Assembly: GCA_027345565.1 (NCBI GenBank)
Contig: DAHWIF010000003.1
Location: forward strand, 1-15,745
Direction of reading: 5' to 3'
Length of the DNA stretch: 15,745 nucleotides
Source: Candidatus Micrarchaeota archaeon
GTDB taxonomy: Archaea > Micrarchaeota > Micrarchaeia > Micrarchaeales > Micrarchaeaceae
This document shows positions 6,913 to 15,522 of this stretch, one piece after another; the stretch's first letter is position 1; each line of letters opens with the position of its first letter. Position numbers and translations under genes: made by a program. The notes below the pieces were generated by a model, which was given only the letters and a program-made list of their open reading frames with translations, did not search any database and was not told the DNA's origin.

Positions 6913-7188
6913 TTAAGCGTATTTCTTCATCAGCTTCAGGTGCAAAGAGGACGCGAAGCCGTAGACTATCACGAAGAACGCGAGCAGGATAAGCGCCCAG
7001 CCGAAGAAGTGGGTATAGCTTAATGTTTCCGGCACCAGGGCGGCGAGCAGGATTCCAAGTACGAACAGGTATATCCCCCAGTATATGCCCTTGAATATGT
7101 GCCAGCCCGAATGCTTCTCCTTGTAATGCAGGCGCCTCTTGTATGCGAGCTCAGGGTCTATCACGACTGTGCTGCGGTGTTCGGCCAT
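6913..7188 (-). CDS. Small hypothetical membrane protein (2 TM, 91 aa)
   Basis: RBS AGGTGA precedes ATG 7188 (MAEHRSTVVID). Two hydrophobic helices. Co-oriented upstream of secF. Confidence 0.75.
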   Translation of the reverse strand: MAEHRSTVVIDPELAYKRRLHYKEKHSGWHIFKGIYWGIYLFVLGILLAALVPETLSYTHFFGWALILLAFFVIVYGFASSLHLKLMKKYA

Positions 7189-7277
7189 TCTTTCACCTGC
7201 TATATATGACAGGGAAAACATTAAAAGGCTGCTGCAAGGCTCGGAGGCATTTTTAATCATGAACAAGAAATACATGC

Positions 7278-8048
7278 ATGGCAAGGATGAGATCGAAAAG
7301 GCACAGGCAGGAGCGCGAGGAGAGGGTGCTGAAGGAGCGCAGGAAGACCGATCAGGGAATATTCGACGCAGGGACGATGGTCAGGCTTGGCAAGTTCTTC
7401 AACAAGCGCATAATAAAGAGGATGGGGATGCCCATAGCGAGGGGCAAGGAGGCTGACATATACCTCGCTGAGGCTGGCGATGCTGATATCGTGTCTGGCA
7501 GCAGGTATGTGGCGATGAAGTTCTTCAGGTTCGATGCGACCGCATTCATAAAGATGGCCAAGTACATAAAGGGCGACCCGAGGTTCGAGCGCCAGGCCGG
7601 CAGGGGGAGGGAGAGCGTCGTCAGGACATGGTGCAAGAAGGAGTTCGGCAACCTTACTGCAGCGAAACAGGCTGGCGTGCACGCGCCGATTCCGTACATG
7701 TTCAACGGCAACATACTCGCGATGCAGTTCCTTGGCGATGGCGAGACGATAGCGCCGTCATTGAACGATGTTGATGTAGAGGAGCCAGGCAGGATGCTCG
7801 ACGCGATAATAGAAGACATAAAGCGGCTTTACCGCGCCAACCTCGTACATGCGGATGTAAGCGAGTACAACGTGCTGGTGTACAACGGCATACCCTACAT
7901 GATAGATTTCGGCCAGGCGGTATCGACGAGGCATCCGGCCGCACCAGAATTTCTAAGAAGAGATGTCACCAACATAACAAACTATTTCGCAAGGAAATAT
8001 GGAATAAGGCTCAGCGCAAATGAAGTTTATGCCGAGATCACTTCCTAA
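7278..8048 (+). CDS. rio1: RIO1-family atypical Ser/Thr kinase
   Basis: GKEADIY, YIKGDPRF, W..KEF.NL, VHADVSEYNVL, IDFGQAV. No N-terminal wHTH, so Rio1 rather than Rio2. Confidence 0.93.
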   Translation: MARMRSKRHRQEREERVLKERRKTDQGIFDAGTMVRLGKFFNKRIIKRMGMPIARGKEADIYLAEAGDADIVSGSRYVAMKFFRFDATAFIKMAKYIKGDPRFERQAGRGRESVVRTWCKKEFGNLTAAKQAGVHAPIPYMFNGNILAMQFLGDGETIAPSLNDVDVEEPGRMLDAIIEDIKRLYRANLVHADVSEYNVLVYNGIPYMIDFGQAVSTRHPAAPEFLRRDVTNITNYFARKYGIRLSANEVYAEITS

Positions 8049-8056
8049 TCCGCAAG

Positions 8057-8377
8057 TTACCTCCTCTCAAGGGATCTGATGTCCCGTCTTAGCAGATGTG
8101 CGGTTCTTTCTGCTACCGTATCTATGGCATTGCGGACTCCAAGCGCCAAATCGACGCCGCCAAATACTAACACCAATGTCCCCAAAAGAAGTGAAACGGG
8201 ATCAACCCTCAAAAGACCATCCGCAATCTCTGCCCCTCCAATCGCAATCACTGCCCCTCCAATAGCAATCGGTACAGCTGATCCAACAGCTCCAGGACCT
8301 AATCTATCTACTGTAGTATCACCGTTAACCATTCTACCTATGGTTCCAGCGGGCAGGGTCTTTGTTTGTGCAGTCAT
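8057..8377 (-). CDS. Hypothetical Gly-rich membrane protein (orphan)
   Basis: Fills the gap after rio1, has a GTGAT RBS-like motif and TATA box, and two Gly/Ala-rich hydrophobic segments. Confidence 0.65.
   Translation of the reverse strand: MTAQTKTLPAGTIGRMVNGDTTVDRLGPGAVGSAVPIAIGGAVIAIGGAEIADGLLRVDPVSLLLGTLVLVFGGVDLALGVRNAIDTVAERTAHLLRRDIRSLERR
8223..8270. repeat. 21-bp tandem duplication (encodes IAIGGAV / IAIGGAE)
   Basis: gcaatctctgcccctccaatc gcaatcactgcccctccaata gcaatc. Confidence 0.75.
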
Positions 8378-8395
8378 GTTATCACGCTAGATAAA

Positions 8396-8419
8396 CTAGC
8401 GTCTTCCCAGATATTTATA
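8396..8419 (-). promoter_or_regulatory. TATA-box promoter (TATAAATATCT-N8-GCTAG) of the 8057-8377 gene
   Basis: Same motif and spacing as 310-333. Confidence 0.65.
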
Positions 8420-8483
8420 GGCTCTTAAAAATGACAATTTGTCCGTTAAAACTTAACATTTTGCAAATGCCTCCGACGTGATA

Positions 8484-9617
8484 TTAAATCTTTTCTGCCA
8501 GTTTTATGGTCCTCTTCAGTGCAGCGTCAAGCTTGCACCTCAGGTAGAGTTTCGCGACCAACCTCTCGTTCATGTTTGTGGACGGGTTCCTAATTCCTAT
8601 GGAGCATACGTCCTTGTACCTCTTTATCGATATGTGATATGTGCCTATGCCTTTTGCCATATCTATGATCTCATGCTTGTCGAACCCTATGAGCGGCCTT
8701 ATGATTATCGGTTTTATGCCGTGCTGCGACGCAGTCATGTTGCCTACTGTCTGAGATGCTACTTGGCCCAGGCTCTCGCCCGTCACTATCGCATTGGCGC
8801 GCTCCTTCTTCGCCACCTCCTCGGCCAGCCTGTAAAGGAACCTCCTAAATAGGACAAGCTCATATTTCCTCGGTATCTTCATCGTAGCTGATTGGAAAAC
8901 ATAAGCAGGAGCATAATACACCCTAGGCCTTCCCCCGTATTTTGACAGCACGTCGACAAGCTCCGCCATCTTTGACGACGCTGCCTCCTTGTTGTTGTTG
9001 AACGCATGCATGTGCAGGTAGACCAGGTCAAGGCCGCGTTTCATCGCATATACAGACGCGACAGGAGAGTCTATCCCTCCAGAGAGGAGCGACACCGCCC
9101 TGCCTGAGGAACCGACAGGCAGGCCGCCAAGCCCGCGTATCTTCCCTGGCGTAATGATCGCGCCGTTCTTGGTGACGCTTATCGAGAGCTCCTTCCCCGC
9201 ATCCTTGTCTATCTTGAATTTGAGGCTCCTGGATCTGTTTATGAACTCGCTTACTATCTGGTAGGAATTGAATGGCGTTCCCTTATACGATCTTTTGGCG
9301 GATATCCTGACAATATCGTTGCTTCCGAACATCCTGTTCGCAGAGGCCACTATGCTCGCCAGCGTGTTCCTCGATACCAGCGCAGGCGCGAACCACGATA
9401 TCCCTGGTATGAACCTCAGGCGCTCTACCGCAGCGTCAAGCCCTTTTTTGCTGCTGAACTTAAGCAGCACCCTGTCCCTTCCATCCACTATCGTTGCCCC
9501 GCATCCCTTCAGCGATTCCCTGATGTTAGCCTTCAGCCTGCCTATGAAAACGTTCCTGTTCCTGCCCTTGAGCCAGAGCTCGCCATAGTGGACAACAACC
9601 GCATCGTATCTTACCAT
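8484..9617 (-). CDS. thiI: tRNA 4-thiouridine(8) synthase ThiI (THUMP + PP-loop, no rhodanese domain)
   Basis: YGELWLKGRNR, GLGGLPVGSSG, LLSGGIDSPVA, TGESLGQVASQT, RPLIGFDK. Confidence 0.95.
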   Translation of the reverse strand: MVRYDAVVVHYGELWLKGRNRNVFIGRLKANIRESLKGCGATIVDGRDRVLLKFSSKKGLDAAVERLRFIPGISWFAPALVSRNTLASIVASANRMFGSNDIVRISAKRSYKGTPFNSYQIVSEFINRSRSLKFKIDKDAGKELSISVTKNGAIITPGKIRGLGGLPVGSSGRAVSLLSGGIDSPVASVYAMKRGLDLVYLHMHAFNNNKEAASSKMAELVDVLSKYGGRPRVYYAPAYVFQSATMKIPRKYELVLFRRFLYRLAEEVAKKERANAIVTGESLGQVASQTVGNMTASQHGIKPIIIRPLIGFDKHEIIDMAKGIGTYHISIKRYKDVCSIGIRNPSTNMNERLVAKLYLRCKLDAALKRTIKLAEKI

Positions 9618-9687
9618 CGCACCACAAAAAGAAAGCTATAAAAACATCAGATTGAGATTATCAAATCAAGGGTTAAATAATGATTGC

Positions 9688-9885
9688 ATGAGCCTGATTT
9701 CTAACCTGCAGAGCTTCATCACGAATGCGAGACACATACTCTATGTGAGCTACAAGCCAGGCACGGACCGCTTCAAGCGCACAGCCAAGATAATAATACT
9801 CGGGATAGCGGTCATAGGCCTGGCTGGATTCGTCATAGCGATAATAATATCGCTGCTCGTTTACGGGAACCTCTCCTTCGTGTGA
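9688..9885 (+). CDS. secE: Protein translocase SecE / Sec61-gamma
   Basis: Amphipathic helix, KP...F...AKI...G..VIG..GFVI motif and a single C-terminal TM. Confidence 0.85.
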   Translation: MSLISNLQSFITNARHILYVSYKPGTDRFKRTAKIIILGIAVIGLAGFVIAIIISLLVYGNLSFV

Positions 9886-10679
9886 TTATGGAAATCACGA
9901 TAGACTTCACAAAGTCAGCGCAGGAAAACGCCGATGTCTACTACAAGAAATCGAAGAAGCATGCGCAGAAAAGGGCCGGCGCAGAACAGGCGATAAAGAA
10001 GCTTGAGAAGAGGCTGAAGGGCGCTGCCGCTCCAACGAAGAGCGTGAAGAGGGATGTGATCGAGACTGTAAAGAAGGAGTGGTATGAGAAGTTCCATTGG
10101 TTCTTCACCAGCAAGCGCATGCTGGTGATAGGCGGGAAGGATGCCCAGCAGAACGACCTGCTGAACTCAAAGCATTTCGAAGAGATGGACCTGTTCTTCC
10201 ACGCTAACATATTCGGCGCATCCGTAATGATACTCAAGGGGGGAGCGGATGCCGACAAGGAGTCCAAGGAGGAGGCCGCGCAGTTCGCAGCCTGCTACTC
10301 GAGCGCATGGAAGGAAGGGCTTACTGTAGTGGACGTCTATTCAGTGCGCAGGAATCAGGTGAGCAAGTCTACCGGAAAAGGAGCTATAGCCGCGGGCAGC
10401 TTCCTGCTAAAGGGCGAGCGCGAATGGTACCGTAACATGGCGCTGTCGCTGGTCTTCTTCAAGAAGGAATCGAGGCTCAACGCAGTGCCGGAGATATGCC
10501 TCTACAGGCTCAAGGAGCGCGGCGAGGCTCCAGACGAGTATGTTATCGTGAGGCACGGGAGGGAGAAAAAATCCGATGCTGCAAGGAAGATACTGGATGC
10601 GCTGGACCTGTCGGACATGGATGCATTGATGCAGCAGTTGCCGTCGGGCACATTCAGCATAAGGAAATACGGAGAATGA
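9882..10679 (+). CDS. Short NFACT-R domain protein (Rqc2/NEMF-related, lacks NFACT-N); start GTG 9882 or ATG 9888
   Basis: KSAQENADVYYKKSKK, KEWYEKFHWFFTS, IGGKDAQQND, FFHANIFGAS, ACYSSAWK, QVSKS...GSFLLKGER. Confidence 0.88.
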   Translation: MIMEITIDFTKSAQENADVYYKKSKKHAQKRAGAEQAIKKLEKRLKGAAAPTKSVKRDVIETVKKEWYEKFHWFFTSKRMLVIGGKDAQQNDLLNSKHFEEMDLFFHANIFGASVMILKGGADADKESKEEAAQFAACYSSAWKEGLTVVDVYSVRRNQVSKSTGKGAIAAGSFLLKGEREWYRNMALSLVFFKKESRLNAVPEICLYRLKERGEAPDEYVIVRHGREKKSDAARKILDALDLSDMDALMQQLPSGTFSIRKYGE

Positions 10680-10687
10680 GGTTTTTT

Positions 10688-12019
10688 CTACTCGATGGCG
10701 GTATCGTCAAAGCGCGCTAATGCTCTGGACCTGGCGCCGCTCCTCGCAAATGAGTTTGCACGCATCGCTGCTACCTTGTCTTCATCGTTAGAATCTATGT
10801 TCCCAAAGCTGAAGAGCTCCAATCCGTTTGGCGGCCCTCCAAAATTCAAATAGTCAAGCATGCCATCGTATACGTCATAAGAGACCGAAAAGACCCTCTT
10901 TCCGCCTATCTGGGAAATTTTGTCCCCTTCAAACAGCTTGATAACATCATTGGTTCTCCTTCCATTAACATAGACAGGAGTCCTTCCCCTATCGTCTTTG
11001 TACGATGCATGGAAGCAATTTATCGTTGCTATCGTCACGCCGGGAACTGTCAATACGCTTCTATCGCACTCTTCGACCTTCTTGTCTATCTCTGTATCGT
11101 GGAAGACTATGTACGCAGACGACTCGCCCCTCTCGGCAACGCCATCTACCACGTATACCTTTCCGGCCTGCATGAGCGGGCTCTCTGTTTTTGGGACAAA
11201 CTGCCTAAGGAAAAGATTAGGTATCCTAGGCCTTGTAATGGTAGACATGTCAAGGCTCGGACTGAATACCCTGCCTACCCTCAAAGAGAGGAATCCGTAA
11301 ACCCTCTCCAAATTCGGCTCTTCCAGCCTTGTGAAGTATATCCTCATTGTTATCTGATCCTCTCCGCACTGCGCCGGCGTTAATGGTCCACCGGCCTCCC
11401 CGATAGGCTTCTGGACCTCTTTTACCTTCAACTCAACAAATAGCCTAGACACGTTGTTTGCAATATTGACCGCCTTGGACATATCCACAGAAAGAATCCG
11501 GTATTCCACGCCGGCAATGAGGCGTTCCGACCGCAGCATTCCAAGCTCTTCGAAGAATCTGGCTCGCTTAAGCGCTGCTGAAACGAAAAAGGGTGATATA
11601 CGGTTATTCCTGTCGTCGCCTCTAAGGTCTGGCCTTGCGGCGCAGCTGTCTCCCAGCACGCAAAAGGATTCACCGTCAGATAGGACCTTTTTCCCTATGA
11701 TCTCTGGGAGGGCATCAGCCACATACTCGTCCGCTGGCAGCGCCAGCGCGGCAAGCAGCCCATCCTGTCTCTCTAGTATGACCCCCATGGCGAATGAGGA
11801 GGAATCCAGAAGCTTTAATCCCCTACCCGGCTTTCCAGCGTCTCCCATCTCAATCGGCGGGTCACTACGGTCAAGAGGCTTGGGATACGCAGCTACTATC
11901 TCATAAATGCCCGGCTGCAACCTGTTTAATCCACCCATCATGTCAATCTGATTGTGCATCGCCGTCTCAAGCTCACTCCGGATCTGTGCAAGCATGCTGC
12001 TGTGTGTAGTAAGCGGCAT
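10688..12019 (-). CDS. Hypothetical protein (443 aa), possible degenerate FHA-like segment
   Basis: Long ORF filling the space between the NFACT gene and tRNA-Leu. No confident family. Confidence 0.7.
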   Translation of the reverse strand: MPLTTHSSMLAQIRSELETAMHNQIDMMGGLNRLQPGIYEIVAAYPKPLDRSDPPIEMGDAGKPGRGLKLLDSSSFAMGVILERQDGLLAALALPADEYVADALPEIIGKKVLSDGESFCVLGDSCAARPDLRGDDRNNRISPFFVSAALKRARFFEELGMLRSERLIAGVEYRILSVDMSKAVNIANNVSRLFVELKVKEVQKPIGEAGGPLTPAQCGEDQITMRIYFTRLEEPNLERVYGFLSLRVGRVFSPSLDMSTITRPRIPNLFLRQFVPKTESPLMQAGKVYVVDGVAERGESSAYIVFHDTEIDKKVEECDRSVLTVPGVTIATINCFHASYKDDRGRTPVYVNGRRTNDVIKLFEGDKISQIGGKRVFSVSYDVYDGMLDYLNFGGPPNGLELFSFGNIDSNDEDKVAAMRANSFARSGARSRALARFDDTAIE

Positions 12020-12106
12020 ACGATCAATACCACTCGGCTTTTCACATTCTTATTTTTTTCCGTATTAAGCCATGCAGCAGGCAATGCGCAATGTTGACCG
12101 TCAAAA

Positions 12107-12191
12107 TGCAGGGGGTGAGATTTGAACTCACGAACCCCTAAGGGACTGGACTCTGAATCCAGCGCGTTTGACCAAGCTCCGCGACCCCTGC
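12107..12191 (-). tRNA. tRNA-Leu(CAG)
   Basis: GCAGGGG/CCCCTGC acceptor stem, CTGGA-TTCAGAG-TCCAG anticodon arm, long variable arm, GTTCAAATC T-loop, A73, 85 nt. Confidence 0.95.
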
Positions 12192-12229
12192 ACGGATAAC
12201 CCTCTTTTTTATAGATTTTTATTCCTTGG

Positions 12230-13561
12230 GTGCATAGCATTAGCGTGCAGAAGATAAGCACCATAACCGCCACGGCAGTCGGACTCGGCGCGATAATAGG
12301 CGCAGGGATATTCGTGCTCAGCGGCACGGCGATAGCACAGGCCGGCGCAGACGCTCTACTCGCATTCATACTCGTAGGCGCTGTCGCGCTGATAATCGCC
12401 CTAGAGCTTGGTGAGCTAAGCACTCTCTTCCCGAAGCTGACGGGCGCAAGCTACTCGTATGTGTATGAGGCGTTCGGCAGCGAGCTCGGCTTCATAATAG
12501 GCATAATGCTCTACTTCAGCTTCGCCACTGCGATATCGGTGGTGGCCCTGGGCTTCGGCTCGTACTTCGCCAGCTTGGTGGGAGCGCAGCTCGGTGCCAA
12601 CAGCATCCAGCTCTTCGCCATCGCGCTGATAATAGCGCTATCAGCGCTGACCGTAGCTGGGGTAAAGAGGGCGGCCCGCGCAGATCTCGGTCTTGTGGTG
12701 ATAAAGATAATAGCGCTTCTCGTCTTCATAGGCTTTGCGCTGATATACGCCTTCCACGGCTCCGCATTCAGCCTGCACAACTTCTCGGTCTCCGCTTCGC
12801 AAGGCACGGCAAGCGCGTTCTTCGCAGCGAGCATAGTGATATTCTTCGCGTATACTGGCTTCCAGGCGATAGTGACCCTGACACCTAGGATAAAAGGGGG
12901 AGGCAGGTCCGCGGCGAAGGCGACAATACTCTCGGTTGTTATAAGCATGGTCCTCTACATAGCGATTGTCGCAGTGCTTATGCTGCTCATGCCCGCATCG
13001 CAGTTTACCGTCAGCGGCGACCCGCTCGCAGCCGCCCTCTCGCATGTGAGCGCTCCGTCCTGGATATCAATTGTGGTAGGCGTGGGAGCGCTTGTCGCAA
13101 CCGCGTCCGCTACCCTGGCGATGATGATAGCCGCGTCCAACCAGCTGCACCAGGTCGGCAAGGACGGGCTGCTCCCGAGAGTCATCAGGGGCTACAACAA
13201 GAAGAGGGGGGTCTCAACAAAAGGGGTCGTCGTAACGGCCGTAATCGCCATGATAATGCTTTTCTCTGGCAACATCTTTGTCGTGGCTGCGATAAGCAAC
13301 TTCGGCCTGCTCATGGCGTTTCTCATGACGGGCTTCGCCCTGATGCACTTCAGGAGGCGCAGGGCAGAGCCAGAGTTCAAGATGCCTCTATATCCGTACC
13401 TGCCGGTGGTTGGCATCATCGCCATACTCCTCTTCATTATAGGGATGCCGAAGACCGCGCTGATCATAGGCACAATCATGGTGCTATCGCTGATAGCGAT
13501 CTACTATACGCTTAGGGAGATGGCCGGCAAGCGCGTCGTCAAGGTGAAGATTTTCAGGTAG
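12230..13561 (+). CDS. APC-superfamily amino acid permease (start may be GTG 12245)
   Basis: G.IIGAGIF, G.SYSYVYEAFG, FFAYTGF, DGLLP, FKMPLYPYLP, about 12 TM segments. Confidence 0.93.
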   Translation: MHSISVQKISTITATAVGLGAIIGAGIFVLSGTAIAQAGADALLAFILVGAVALIIALELGELSTLFPKLTGASYSYVYEAFGSELGFIIGIMLYFSFATAISVVALGFGSYFASLVGAQLGANSIQLFAIALIIALSALTVAGVKRAARADLGLVVIKIIALLVFIGFALIYAFHGSAFSLHNFSVSASQGTASAFFAASIVIFFAYTGFQAIVTLTPRIKGGGRSAAKATILSVVISMVLYIAIVAVLMLLMPASQFTVSGDPLAAALSHVSAPSWISIVVGVGALVATASATLAMMIAASNQLHQVGKDGLLPRVIRGYNKKRGVSTKGVVVTAVIAMIMLFSGNIFVVAAISNFGLLMAFLMTGFALMHFRRRRAEPEFKMPLYPYLPVVGIIAILLFIIGMPKTALIIGTIMVLSLIAIYYTLREMAGKRVVKVKIFR

Positions 13562-13565
13562 TCGT

Positions 13566-14744
13566 ATGATGGTCGGTATAGTCGGGGCGCCGAACAAGGG
13601 AAAGAGCACACTTTTCTCTGCGCTGACATCGATAGACGTTCAGATTGCGGATTACCCGTTCACAACCATAAAGCCCAACATGGGCGTTGCTTACGTCACA
13701 AAAAGGTGCGTCGATGCGGAGCTGCACGTGAAGTGCAACCCGAAGAACTCAATGTGCGTAGATGGTACCCGAATGATACCCGTGAAGCTCATCGATGTAG
13801 CTGGCCTCGTCGAGGGCGCGCACTCCGGAAAGGGGATGGGCAACCAGTTCCTCAACGACATAGCAACTGCGGATGCGCTCGTCATAGTGGCCGATGCAAG
13901 CGGGAAAACGGACACAAACGGCAACCCGTGCGAAAGCTGCGATCCCACGAATGACGTCAGCGTGATAACCGATGAAATGGCTGCATGGCTTGCAGGGATA
14001 ATATCAAACCATTCAAAGGAGCTTTCGAGGGCCAAGGAGGGCGCAAAGGCGATCGCAGCGGTGCTGGCTGGCCTCAGGATCACCGAGGCGCAGGTATCTT
14101 ATTCGATAGCGAAGTGCAACCTCGCAAGCTCAGGGATACAATGGAATGAAGCCGAGACGCTCAGGTTCTCGAGGGAGCTTCTATCGAGATCGAAGCCTTT
14201 CCTAGTAGCGGCCAACAAGTCGGATGTCAGTGGCTCAGGGCAGAACACCGAGAAGCTGAAGGCCGCATTCGGCCCAGAAAGGGTTATAGCGTGCTCCGCG
14301 GCTGTGGAGCTGGCGCTCAGGAAGGCTGAGCGCCAGGGCATAATATCCTACAACGCAGGAAGCGGAACCGTCGCTGTGCTCAAGTCAGGAATACCGAAGG
14401 AGCAGTCCGATGCGCTCAATTACATGATAAGGTTCGTGGAAGAGCACGGCACCGGTGTACAGCAGATAATCGATAGGATATACTTCAAGATGCTTGACAA
14501 CATAGTGGTCTATCCGGTAGAGGACGAGAACAGGTATACGGACAGCATGGGGAACGTCCTGCCTGACGCCATACTGCTCAAGAAAGGCTCTACCGTACTC
14601 GACCTCGCATCAGCGATACACACGGAGCTGGCGAAAGGCCTGCTCTATGCGATAGACGCGAGGAAGAAGATGCGCATAGCGAAGGACCACGTGCTCAATG
14701 ATGACGACGTGATAAAGATAGTAAGCTCTGCAAAGCCGAAGTAG
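13566..14744 (+). CDS. ychF: Archaeal YchF/Obg-family translation-associated GTPase with TGS domain
   Basis: GAPNKGKST, YPFTTI.PN, DVAGLV.GA..GKGMGNQFL, NKSD, C-terminal TGS (A..IHTEL). Confidence 0.92.
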   Translation: MMVGIVGAPNKGKSTLFSALTSIDVQIADYPFTTIKPNMGVAYVTKRCVDAELHVKCNPKNSMCVDGTRMIPVKLIDVAGLVEGAHSGKGMGNQFLNDIATADALVIVADASGKTDTNGNPCESCDPTNDVSVITDEMAAWLAGIISNHSKELSRAKEGAKAIAAVLAGLRITEAQVSYSIAKCNLASSGIQWNEAETLRFSRELLSRSKPFLVAANKSDVSGSGQNTEKLKAAFGPERVIACSAAVELALRKAERQGIISYNAGSGTVAVLKSGIPKEQSDALNYMIRFVEEHGTGVQQIIDRIYFKMLDNIVVYPVEDENRYTDSMGNVLPDAILLKKGSTVLDLASAIHTELAKGLLYAIDARKKMRIAKDHVLNDDDVIKIVSSAKPK

Positions 14745-15278
14745 CTACTTCTTCGGGTGCCTTGCCGAAGAGAGCATGGCGAGCAGCGGCGTTACTACAA
14801 GCACTATGGCATCTGGTATAGCTACAACACTGAGCGCGAAGCCGTTGAGCGTAAACGCGGTGGGCAGCGCGCTCGCATCGACATAGTAGAATACAAGGTA
14901 GATTATGAAGATTGCTATCGAGTAGATTACCGCTGCATATACCGCATTGACGAGCCCTACCTTGCCTATCGCAGGGGAGCTCCTGTGCGCCCTGCCTACC
15001 TTTGAGCCCACCCACACCGCCACTATCAATGGGAGTATTATCGCACCTGGCTGATAGAGGATGAAATTGGCGAGAGCCGTGAAATCCTTCGCATTCAGAC
15101 CGGCGGCATGAGCTGCAGGCGCTACCGCGAATTCCAATAGCAAGCCTACAACAAGGACGCCAATCCAGAAGCTCATCGGAGCCACTATGTTTATCTCCTC
15201 GCCAGATGTGATTCTAGCATCGGTTTTCTCTCCAGCCGGCTCCCTGCCGATCTTGTTCACGTCAGATTCCGCATCCAT
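14745..15278 (-). CDS. Hypothetical integral membrane protein (~4 TM)
   Basis: ATG 15278 (MDAESDVNK), four hydrophobic segments, convergent with and abutting ychF. Confidence 0.75.
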   Translation of the reverse strand: MDAESDVNKIGREPAGEKTDARITSGEEINIVAPMSFWIGVLVVGLLLEFAVAPAAHAAGLNAKDFTALANFILYQPGAIILPLIVAVWVGSKVGRAHRSSPAIGKVGLVNAVYAAVIYSIAIFIIYLVFYYVDASALPTAFTLNGFALSVVAIPDAIVLVVTPLLAMLSSARHPKK

Positions 15279-15348
15279 GCAAAACAAACTCAGCTGATAA
15301 AGCGACGCACAAGCTTTTAATAATATACTGCGTATTACCAGCGATCAG

Positions 15349-15504
15349 ATGGCACTGCTTCAGTCGCCGCAGCAATCCGCCGGGGTAATGAGCTTCTACG
15401 ATGCCCCGACAAAAGGGCCAAAGATAAGCCCAAAGCTCATACTTATAGTTGTGGTAGCGTTCGCAGTGATAGTGCTGGTGGCCAATCACTTCCTGTTCGG
15501 ATGA
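15349..15504 (+). CDS. secG: Preprotein translocase subunit Sec61beta (archaeal SecG)
   Basis: Manual translation: MALLQSPQQSAGVMSFYDAPTKGPKISPKLILIVVVAFAVIVLVANHFLFG*. SAG...FY....KI.P motif plus one TM. 51 aa, not in ORF track. Confidence 0.9.
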   Translation: MALLQSPQQSAGVMSFYDAPTKGPKISPKLILIVVVAFAVIVLVANHFLFG

Positions 15505-15522
15505 CCTTGGATACATACAGGC

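Noticed and set aside
12094-12104. TTGAC-C-GTCAA palindrome after tRNA-Leu and possible att duplication
   Set aside because: Arms are only 5 bp, and I found no copy of the tRNA-Leu 3' end beyond the orphan gene.
12107-12191. Opal suppressor or tRNA-Sec reading (TCA in the anticodon loop)
   Set aside because: The 7-nt loop centres on CAG, and the 7-bp acceptor stem, A73 and variable arm fit tRNA-Leu.
11938-12423. 161-aa minus-strand ORF
   Set aside because: Runs through tRNA-Leu and antisense to the permease.
2144-15015. Numerous other overlapping ORFs in the track
   Set aside because: They are antisense or out-of-frame shadows of well-supported genes in GC-rich coding DNA.
15262-15516. 84-aa minus-strand ORF
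   Set aside because: Antisense to the Sec61beta gene, with non-protein-like composition.
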